DNA of 64,000 bases from a virus (lineage: Duplodnaviria > Caudoviricetes): the IMG/VR virus record IMGVR_UViG_3300037067_021792, one strand, 5' to 3'. Of this stretch, positions 29,582 through 40,000 are shown piece by piece (positions within the stretch are counted from its first letter, which is position 1; each line of letters starts with the position of its first letter). The position numbers and the translations under genes are program-made. The notes under the pieces were generated by a model. That model searched no databases. It was not told the origin of the DNA and worked only from the letters and a program-made list of their open reading frames with translations.

Positions 29582-31282
29582 GTGTCTGTTATTGGATTAT
29601 CATCTGAGTTTATTGTATTTTCTGAGGACTTGAACGCTCCTAAAATAACATCTCCTACTCATAATGAACAGTTCAATCTTGGAACGATTTTAATTCAGTG
29701 GGACAAACCTCAATTATATTCTGGTGACCCATACGATCCATACTCGCTGGTTTCTGGGTCAGATACTGCTACATATGAAATTGAATATACCGACAATTAT
29801 GATGGCGAAAAAACTAATTGGTATACTCTAAAACGGAGAATTCCCTGGGCTGAAGAATCATATTCTTGGGTTGTGGGGAAAATGGTTAAAAGCAATTCCG
29901 TGCGAATCAGAATGCGAACAAAAGATGTATATACAGAAGAAACTTCTGTATGGTCAATTAGTGAAACATTTTCAATAAATGTGTTCAATCTAGTTCCTCC
30001 TGCCATTATCAGCCCTGTATCTGGTAATATGTATAGTAATTTTATATTGATAATATTGGATGAAACTCAATCCAAAAATACATATCACCAAAAAATTAGA
30101 TATACTTTAGAATATTCGTCTGAAAGCCAAAACATCTCCTGGACAATAATTGTATCTAATGTGCCTCCTGGACAAAATGTGATAAGATGGAATATTGATG
30201 ATTTGCCAACGTCTAATGATTATGTGTTGCGTCTAACGGCTAAAAATTCATCGACATGCTTGGAACCAAACCTGCCAGAGCCCGATCAAATAGCCAAAAG
30301 ATATGTGTATGGAATTAAGATACAACAATCCGGTGTGTTTATAATTGATACAAAACCGCCTCAAGCCGTAATTCAAATAGCAAATAATACACATGTGACC
30401 AATCGGGTAAACCAATCTGTTAATATATTTGCCGAAGATGACACAACAGAGGTTAGCAGTATACAGTTAAGAGAGTGCGATATCAGCGGAAAGTTACAAT
30501 TGGGCAACATCAGTTCTCTTTCTCAATTCAAGGACTGTCCGCCATTGGATTATAGTATTCCATTCGATCATATTGTAAGTAATGCACCGATGGGAAGTAT
30601 ATCTAAAATCCATTGGACATTTAATGGCGTTGATAGTGAAAATAAGCCAATTAGTAGTGTGAAAAAATTGGAAGCCCTACTAATCGACGCCGGCGGAAAC
30701 AATTCTTTACAGGATATTGTTCGAGTATTTCTAACAATATTTGATAATAGCGATGACCAGATAAATGATTTTATAATAACTACAGAGCAAAGAGAAACCC
30801 TGTCATTCAGTGGCACTCAAAAATCTGTCAGTGTATCTACTTATGAAGTCGCTTATCTTGGAACAGATTCAGGGCAATTGTGGATTTTGGACCCATTCCC
30901 AAGCATGATATATGCAATTATTGACAGCCCCATCGTAAAGATATCCGAGTTTAATGATATAATACTATTATTTACTTATAATAAAACCAATGATACTGGA
31001 AACGTGTATAGGCACGATATGATTAGCCCTACTTTATTGTATACTTTCAGTAATAATTTATCTAAAACAGTTGGAACGTCTGTTTCCGGTTCAAAGTTGT
31101 ATATTGGTCTTGAGAATGGCGAGCTATGGGAATTTAATGGATCTGTTTTCAGTCTAATTAATACTTTTGTTAACCCGATAAGTTGTTTATATTCAGATCA
31201 ATCCTATCTATATATCGGATTTTCTAATAGCTCTGATCTGTCATTGTATAATGGGTCGGCATTCAGCACTTTGAGTATATAA
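29582..31282 (+). CDS. Putative virion protein with two FN3/Ig-like domains, an Ig-like domain and a beta-propeller (566 aa)
   Basis: GTG start. YEIEYT....W.....Y.W...VRIR and YTLEYS...W.II....W.I..L....Y.LRL modules. DTKPP...AEDD...V and L.DAGGN resemble segments of 34003-42171. C-terminal KLYIGLENGELW blades. Confidence 0.75.
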   Translation: MSVIGLSSEFIVFSEDLNAPKITSPTHNEQFNLGTILIQWDKPQLYSGDPYDPYSLVSGSDTATYEIEYTDNYDGEKTNWYTLKRRIPWAEESYSWVVGKMVKSNSVRIRMRTKDVYTEETSVWSISETFSINVFNLVPPAIISPVSGNMYSNFILIILDETQSKNTYHQKIRYTLEYSSESQNISWTIIVSNVPPGQNVIRWNIDDLPTSNDYVLRLTAKNSSTCLEPNLPEPDQIAKRYVYGIKIQQSGVFIIDTKPPQAVIQIANNTHVTNRVNQSVNIFAEDDTTEVSSIQLRECDISGKLQLGNISSLSQFKDCPPLDYSIPFDHIVSNAPMGSISKIHWTFNGVDSENKPISSVKKLEALLIDAGGNNSLQDIVRVFLTIFDNSDDQINDFIITTEQRETLSFSGTQKSVSVSTYEVAYLGTDSGQLWILDPFPSMIYAIIDSPIVKISEFNDIILLFTYNKTNDTGNVYRHDMISPTLLYTFSNNLSKTVGTSVSGSKLYIGLENGELWEFNGSVFSLINTFVNPISCLYSDQSYLYIGFSNSSDLSLYNGSAFSTLSI

Positions 31283-32965
31283 ATGTCAGAAATTATCACA
31301 AAAACAATTTCAATACCGTGCTCTGCTGGGGTAGAGGTAATTGGCGATGTCGGAACAACAACAACAGGCTCGCACAACTACGAAGCCCGACGAAGGGGCA
31401 GCCAAACTCCGGCAATATCTGGGGATGCCGAGAAAGTGGCCGTTATTAGTGCTGGATTTAATGGATCGTATGGCTCATTTCTTTGGCCGGCATCAAAAGC
31501 CACTATAACTGTGACTCAGGTTAAATTGGAGTTTTGGTACTACAATAACAATGTGGATGAACCCATTAAAAAAATAATATTTTTTGAGACAGACCCAATC
31601 GCGAGCATAACAAACTGGGCCACATGGTATGGGGACATAGAAAACGCCACTATCTACAAAACTCAAGAAATATATAATTTAGGGAAAACACAAAGTATCA
31701 TAGAGCTAGGAAGTGATTCCAGTGATAGTATTTGTCGGTCCTTTACAACACGCATTAGAAGTGCAGTAGCAAATGATCATGAGTTTAGTGTTGCTATTAG
31801 AAGAAGCGATTTTACAACAAGTGAATGGGGATCAATATTTATAGGAGGTGAAACTTTAGTTGGAGACACGGGCAATGGCTGGAGAGCAGCTAATTTAGAT
31901 GAGATTTCATCACCAGCAAGATTTATAATAGGCTATTCTCATACTCAGGATTCGCCGTTATCTCAATTCTATTTTAGGTATACCACCGATGATCCTACAG
32001 ATTCCGGCGGGCAGCAAACTCCGGAGAATAGTATTGGTGGGTATATTGCCCCTAATGACGTGTATGTGTCAACTTTAATATCGGATCCAATATCAAAATC
32101 CCAGATAACAATCCCATTGGCTTCTGGTTCAGACGAACCGCCATCTTCTGGATTGGCACAAGTTGGGTCAGAAATTATTAGATATACATCTGAAAATAAT
32201 GATAATCTGTATGGATTAACGAGATCGATATTTCCGTCATCATCGTTCGCGGCGGTAGTTACTCCGCACGCAGATATAGTTAGATATTTAGATATAGATA
32301 GGATATTTAATAAAAATCCGGTTTCTGGTGTGTCTCAGTATCGATGTATAGCCGTATTGCATGAATCATCGGACAATATGTATGTTGATGATGTAAAAAT
32401 CCAATTAAAACAAAATTTAAACACAAACACTACAATAGATGTTGGAATTGAAGTTCCAAAATTTGATGTTCATAGTGGAACATTCTACGAAGACATGCTA
32501 TCTGGATCAAATATATTTGAAAGTGCCGACTTGGATGGTTCAGGATATGACACTGGGTTTTTCGAAGGCGCATATATGATAATAAATCCATCGGCATCTG
32601 CCAATGGCGTATTGGTTGATAGCTTTGACATTAACCTATCAGGCCGAGCTGAATTTATTATTGACAGAACCCTATCTATAGACGTAATAGCTGGTACTTA
32701 TTTTAGAATAGTTCCGGCTCCATCTCAATCATCCCCGAATGATATTACTAGGCCCAATGAAAACAGCGGCAGATTCCTAGGTTTTATTGGGGAGGGAGGG
32801 CAAAATAGTATTGGGTATGCAGGTATTAGAGAAAGGGGCGGAAGAATGAATAATCATGAGCTGTTTTATATTTGGATTAAAAGGTCGATTAAACAGAACT
32901 CACCAGAAGATGACAGCTCCGGAGCAATGCTAATATTAGAGTTCAACGAATCTTCAAGGTATTAA
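31283..32965 (+). CDS. Putative phage structural protein (560 aa)
   Basis: Abuts the upstream TAA. The SIGGYI...YRCIAV...IDVGIE...IWIKR pattern resembles a domain I associate with large-phage tail/baseplate proteins (recognition by eye). Confidence 0.6.
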   Translation: MSEIITKTISIPCSAGVEVIGDVGTTTTGSHNYEARRRGSQTPAISGDAEKVAVISAGFNGSYGSFLWPASKATITVTQVKLEFWYYNNNVDEPIKKIIFFETDPIASITNWATWYGDIENATIYKTQEIYNLGKTQSIIELGSDSSDSICRSFTTRIRSAVANDHEFSVAIRRSDFTTSEWGSIFIGGETLVGDTGNGWRAANLDEISSPARFIIGYSHTQDSPLSQFYFRYTTDDPTDSGGQQTPENSIGGYIAPNDVYVSTLISDPISKSQITIPLASGSDEPPSSGLAQVGSEIIRYTSENNDNLYGLTRSIFPSSSFAAVVTPHADIVRYLDIDRIFNKNPVSGVSQYRCIAVLHESSDNMYVDDVKIQLKQNLNTNTTIDVGIEVPKFDVHSGTFYEDMLSGSNIFESADLDGSGYDTGFFEGAYMIINPSASANGVLVDSFDINLSGRAEFIIDRTLSIDVIAGTYFRIVPAPSQSSPNDITRPNENSGRFLGFIGEGGQNSIGYAGIRERGGRMNNHELFYIWIKRSIKQNSPEDDSSGAMLILEFNESSRY

Positions 32966-32966
32966 A

Positions 32967-34001
32967 ATGGGGTATCTTTCGTCAGTAAAAGCTCACTGGT
33001 CGTTTAACAACAATATTGAGGATAGTGCTCTCAATAATGATTTTGTTTCATCTGGTCCTATTGTGTTATTTGGCAGATATTCTGTCTACAATATGGTTTC
33101 AAATCAAACAGAAACAAAATACGGGGTTTTATTAGACAATTATTATACTGCAAATTCTGTCAATCTTTTAAATCTAGGTAACACTGCCCATGATTTTACT
33201 ATATCTTTTTGGTGGTATTCACCATCTGTAGTTGGATATACCAGGCATGCAATTACCAGAAAAGAGACCAGCAAGGTAACCCCAATTGTGGGAAAAGGAA
33301 GAGTAGTTGAAGATGAATCATTTAAATTTGTCGATGATGGCGAATTTATAATTTCAGAAGTATCAGCATCTTCATCTTGTAATGCCATTAAACTGGAAAT
33401 ATGTACTACAAACAGCAGTCCGACTCATGAGTATCTTTCAAAATCATATATACCTGGCCTTCATCATGTGATGATTTCTTATAAATCTACTATAGATCCG
33501 ATTTCAGAAATAAAAATAATAATAGATGGAGAACAAGGAGAAACGCAGTTCGGTCCAGAATATAATATGTCCACAACCTTGTCAAATATATATGTCAATA
33601 GACTATATCATGGGTATCTTGCCCATGAAAGCAGGCAGGTTGGATCTTTTATTTCAGATTTAGTAATTAAAACTAGTAACGCAGATAATGCGGAACGTGA
33701 TGCCATAAGAAACATTAGATTTGGAACTAATTATATAGTAGATAAGAGTCTAGAACATGTTGAGCATGAATTTTTTGGATTGGGTTATTCACAGCCATCA
33801 ACTATTACGACTAAACAAATTTATGCATCGGGGGGAAACATATATGTCGCAAGATCAAACGGGGATATACTAAAAGGATATCGCCCTATATGGGATACAG
33901 AATCCAACTATGCAACAGACGGATCTAATTTAACCTCTAACCCCAAAATTACCGTGACATCAAATGGACTGAGGATTGCCGGAACCACCATAAGGATATA
34001 G
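32967..34001 (+). CDS. LamG/concanavalin-like domain protein (344 aa)
   Basis: AHWSFNNNIEDS, DFTISFWW, LHHVMISY, IIIDG, FISDLVI. Confidence 0.75.
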   Translation: MGYLSSVKAHWSFNNNIEDSALNNDFVSSGPIVLFGRYSVYNMVSNQTETKYGVLLDNYYTANSVNLLNLGNTAHDFTISFWWYSPSVVGYTRHAITRKETSKVTPIVGKGRVVEDESFKFVDDGEFIISEVSASSSCNAIKLEICTTNSSPTHEYLSKSYIPGLHHVMISYKSTIDPISEIKIIIDGEQGETQFGPEYNMSTTLSNIYVNRLYHGYLAHESRQVGSFISDLVIKTSNADNAERDAIRNIRFGTNYIVDKSLEHVEHEFFGLGYSQPSTITTKQIYASGGNIYVARSNGDILKGYRPIWDTESNYATDGSNLTSNPKITVTSNGLRIAGTTIRI

Positions 34002-34002
34002 G

Positions 34003-37000
34003 ATGGCGTATATTGATATAATACGAGTAAACGGGCAGCAATCTAGTGGCACTATAACTCCAGTAATTGCCGGGTTAAATCCCGTATTTACATGGGACTA
34101 TGTAGAAACCGCCGATGCCTTGTCTCAGATGACGTTTGAAATACAAATAGGAACTAGCTCCGACAATTGGGGCACAGATATATTCAACTATAATATTTTA
34201 CAGGATTCTGGGGAATCATCTAATTCCTATGAATACTATAAACACTCTCTTCTCAGGGGTGTTGTATACTATGGGCAAATTAGATCAATCGACGAGGACC
34301 ACGAGGAAACATCCTGGTCTATGTTTTCTTTTAAAATAAACAGGGTTCCCACAGCAATAAATCCTCACTTAACTCCATATAATCCAACGTCATCTGACCA
34401 TATAGATGTAAATTATACCTTTGCAGATCCGGATGGACATGAAGAATCTGGCACCAAAATCAGATGGTATAGAGATGGGTTGCCGGTCCTAGAATACGAT
34501 GATTTATGTACTTTGCCCGCATCGGCGACATATCCCGGAGAGTCGTGGAATGCCCGTATTATTCCAAGCGATGGACTAGAGTTTGGAATGGTATCAGAAA
34601 CAGGGTCGGTTGTAATAGGTCAATCCGATATCTACATATCCTATATTACAATATTACCATCCGATGCAAATGTTGATGATATTCTGAAAGCGGATTATGC
34701 TATTATTGATAATGAGTATTCTCCATTCACGGGGACTATATTAATCGAGTGGTATGTTAATGGGACTTTATGCTCATCTTCTAGCTCACAATATGTTAGG
34801 CTGTCTTTGGAACCGGGAGATTATGTTTACGCTGTGATTAAAATAATCGAGGGGAGTTCAATTATATCACAAAAACAGAGTTCTGCTGTGATAATTTCTG
34901 ACGTGGTTTGGCATTTAACATCTCTAGAAATAAGTGGTTTATCTAATCCAACGTATCTGAACGATTTAACTCCTATGGTAGAGTGGAAAGTCTTTAAGAC
35001 TACTGCGGAGTCCAGGGAAAAGCCGGACTATTTTAGGTTCTTTATAACTAAAACTCCATCCTTTGACGGTGCGGTATTTGATACAGGATATACTCAGTAT
35101 GTTAAGGACTCATATTCTATACCAGAAAATGTCCTATCCAGGGGAAACCAATATTTCATCCACGTAGGAGCCGGAGATACGACTCCATTTGATGAAAATT
35201 TATATATTACTAAAGAAATTAAAATATCAGGTTCTAGTTGGTCAGAAAATGTCAGTAATAATATTGGATGGACAATAGAGTTCCGGGCGGGAATTGAAAT
35301 CAATGATGACAATGGAGATCCTATAGACCCGACTAGCCTAGATTACACGCCTAATATTGGATTGTATATTAATGATGGAACGTATTTCTGTGCTGTTGTG
35401 CTAGGACTAAAAAACATAACATTCATATCAGATAGCTCAATAGTTTATACGTATGCATCTAATTTGGGCTCTTTGCAGATAACTGGAGCATCCACAGGAC
35501 ATACTTTCCAAATATGTGGGAAAGAAAATGATGTAAGAATATACATGGACGGAAAAGTAGTTTTAGATGCAATTGGACTGCTTACAAACAAATCTGCCCT
35601 TAAGAATATTGAATACGGGAACATTGATGGTAAACATGAGAATATTGCTGTTTTTAGATATTTTAGATATTCAACAAAGGGCGCGTATGGCCTAGACCAA
35701 AATGTGAACAATCCAAATTTGTTCTATTTTTCAAATATTGGGACCATAGATGGCGGATCGATAGAGTTTGTATACGATAATTTTATTTCATTTACATCAG
35801 ATAACGGAGTTGATTCCAGCAAATTAATAACGTTTAATGAGACTGGCGATACCATAAAACTCCCAACTGTAGTGAAAAATTATTCTCCTATTACATCAAT
35901 ATATATAGACGAAAATAGATCAAAATTTATTGGAACAGCCAATGGAGTAACTGCGATATACGGAGATAAACACGACCCCGATTACGTATTACTTACGAGT
36001 GGTTCAGACTTTAACGGAATAAAGCCTGAAGATTTTGATAGAATATCGAATGTACCGATAGATAAATTATCTCTTGTAGAACCAAATGCCAGAACTGGTT
36101 GGTTTACGATAGATACAACATATAGAACCATCGGAACGATAATTCCAGGAACTAGATTTTTAACAGGAGCAGGTGACCCTTATAATCCATATTCTCCGGA
36201 AATTTTAAGTCGTGCGATTCATTATTATAGCCAGAGGACCCACGGGCATTCTTGGTTTGACAGAGTTGACAACAAAATAGGTTGGCAAGTTGCATTTTCT
36301 TTTAATTTAGAGTATTTGGAAGCCGATGATTTTCAGGAAACAGATATTGATAAAACTGATTTTGGAATATATATTAACGATGGAACACGCCAAGAGATAA
36401 TATACTTTTACAAAGATAGGATACGGCTATATTACGCCAATATATATGTTCCTTTAGATACTACAAAAATCAGAAATTATGTGATATCCGGCAAAGATGA
36501 CAGTCTGCTTATCTACCAAAGATTGTTTAACTCTTCTACATCTGGATATCAACTGTCTCTCAATGGGGCGGGGTTGTTCACAACTCCATCAGACAAATCT
36601 GGAAACAGCAGAAACCCCAATATAGAGGTAGATAGTTTTGGGTTTTACCATGCAGTATGGCACGATGATGGGGATAGATGGTCTAAAATCGTATATTCTT
36701 TTTATGACGGCCAATCATGGTCTCAGCCCGAATCAGTTGTTGAGTCTTCAAAATTTAACTTGAGAAATCCTCGAATAAGCATTGACAGCCATGACCGAAT
36801 ATGGGTGGTATACGAAGACACATCTTGGGGTAATACGGAGATATCGGTTAGTGTCCGAGATACTGTGGGTTGGAATTCCAAAACGCGGGTTACAAATTTT
36901 TCAAGCCAGAAATCTAATCCTGATATCATAATAGACACTAACAATAACGTCCATCTAGTTTGGCAAGATAACAGGAACGGGAACTGGGAGATATTATGGT

Positions 37001-40000
37001 GCCAGTGGGATGATATAAAGAAAGCATGGATATCGAGTGGACATTTTGGGGAAGACGAAGTTATTATGTCATATGCGGAAGACGATCCGTATCAAAATGC
37101 CAGCGCAATTGATTATAAAAAACCCAGGATGTCAATTATATATCCATATTTGTGGGTTGTTGCCGAAGGCCACATAAAAGATGATAGCACATCAGCTATT
37201 TATATGGGGTATAGGGATTTGTCATCTGGATATTGGAACGGTCCCGGCAGCATAATAAAAGAAAACGGAGAATTTTATGCCGCAGGAATATCTAACATTG
37301 TAAGCCTGTCAGGAAGAAACTGTCTAAATCCAGATATTACCGGCAATGCTCTGACGAAAGATTTTGTGGTTGTATGGGAAGACCAAACTACACCAATTTC
37401 TCAAATTTGGGGAAGCGCGTGGTTTTATGATACGACGAATAAAGCCAGCGCGCAGCAGATCACCAGCCGAATACTAAACTGCAAAAACCCTGTATGCGGA
37501 TACGTCTCTAACCAGGTTGTAATATTATATGAGGCAGATAATGATATATATTTATCGTCTTATAATCCATCTTATTCTCAATTTTTAGGATCTTTTTCTG
37601 GTTACACAGACCAATTAATAACAATTGATAATGATAAAATCGTGTCTAATCCAGACTTACCAAGTAATAATATTTCTACAACATTTATACTAGCGTATGA
37701 TTTCCAAAAATCTAGAGATGTAAACTCTATAGAATCTGTGGAATATCCAGAATATCAGCTAATTGGTGATGCTGTTGTAGAACATAACCTAGACTCAGAA
37801 TTCTCTATTACATCAACAACTGAAACTATACAAAATGGAGATGTTAGTTGGATCGATACTAAGGAATTTGCTTTCGGAGATTTTTCGGAAAATGTTGGCA
37901 TAAGAGCGCATTGGAAAGACATAGAGTTTTATTTTGGCTATGACGCCAAGCCTCAAAGTGTTATCAAATATAATTCTAACTCTGTACCATCTTGGCCAGA
38001 TGATAGGGTTAATGATTTATTCGTTGATTCATATGGGAACATAGTATCTGCAACTTTTGGTGGATTAGTATATTATAACGTATTTACGAATCAACTAACT
38101 CTAATCGAAGGGCACACGCCGACATATTCATCCGACACAGGGTGTACCTCGGAAACATGTTTACTTGCGATGTCGGATGGATCGGGCAAATTAATAACAT
38201 CAGTAAAATGGGGAGGCAGTGGCATATGGTATGTTGGCACAGCTAGTGGATTGTATTACACAAATACCGCTGGTAGGACGTGGTTTCCAATTCAATCCGG
38301 TGGCCAACCTATTTTTAGCAATAAAATCATTAATGATATGGTTGTGGACCAGCACGGTAATGCAATTGTGTCAGCCATATCATCTGGATCAAGCTACGAT
38401 TCTAGTTTTGATGGAATATATGTTGTAAATCCAAAAAATTCTGCACAAACTCGTATACCTGTCAGTTTCCAAATTCGATGTGTGGCCGTTGATGAAAATG
38501 ATATAATTTGGGGTGGTGGTGATTCTGGTCTTATTCGAATTGAAAATTATAGTAATACAAACTTGATCACATTTGACCGATCAAATGGAATGAGATCATC
38601 CTGGGTTAACGACATTGCTATAGTAAATAAATATTTAAGATACATTGCTACTGCTGCGGGAATAGAGCGAATGCATGGAATGAAATTCGCCAGTATAAAC
38701 GTGAGAACTCATGAGCTAACAAATGACAATATAAATGTAGTGGAATGGCATAGCAGCACGAACAGTTTGTGGGTTGGGTCTTTATACTCACTACATGAAA
38801 TTATATTTAGAGATGTATTTCATGATATAATATCCGATGAAGTTACACACTATGATTCCAGTAATATTTCAACCGAAGAAGTTTACGACAGAAGCACCTA
38901 CATGATACTGGATTTTTCTCAATCCGATCAAAATGTAACCACGGAATCAGCATCTATATTTATAAATGGAAATGAAATAGAGTTTGGTTACACGGTTTCC
39001 AATAACTCCATTCAATTTTTAACAAATCTCCTGGTTAATGACCAAGTAGAAATAGAAATATCTAATAGATTTTTAACATTTAAAGATTTTAATCAAACTA
39101 ATATAGAAAAATCGGTTCTCGGATTTAAACGATCAGTTATTAAACAAATGATAAGGTCTAGCAAAAATCAATATCTGGTCAGATCCACTGGAGATAAGAA
39201 TACTATCATGCTATATGCCGGTGAATCTAGCCTTCCGTATGATACTATCTCTCTTGATTTGGTTGCTCCGGTAGGGTGTATAGAGCAACTAGATATTCTA
39301 TCTAGGAGTAAAATACGATTTCGTATTCTTGCATCTGATGATTTATCAGGTGTAGAGAGTTACATGCTATCTAATTATGAGAATTTTACATCTGATGGGA
39401 CTAATGAACTTGATTGGTCTCCGATAGCATCTGTAGTAGATCACGATATTGGCATGAACATAAATAATGTCTATGATAGTTTGTCTTTAGAAACCGGAAC
39501 TGGATCTTCACTAGGAATTTGGAATGATCAGCCTAATAATAAAATTTATTTATATGCTGGCACTAGTTCGCCTGCAGTTATATCAAGGTATGACCCAACA
39601 ACCGAAATTTGGACCAAACTGCTAGACATAAACCCTATTGACTCAACCACAATAATTACCGGGATAAAAACTATAGATAACGTAATTTACGTAACAGCCG
39701 GGTCGCCATCAGGGAGTGGAAGAATATACAAGTCGGTTGATGGAACCAACTTTGATTTGGTTAGCAGTATTTCCGGCGCATATGCCAGGGGCATATGCCC
39801 ATCAGATGACGGTCATATTTATTTTGGGTCAAGTGATGGCAGTGTTTATGCGTATAAAGATTCTATTTTATCGCTACCAGATTATCTAAAAGATATTTCT
39901 GAATCTATATATGATTTAAATATATTTAATAATATCTTATATATTGCCAGTGGAAACAAAGGCAGATTATATGCAATAGACCTGAAGAGTTATGATCATT

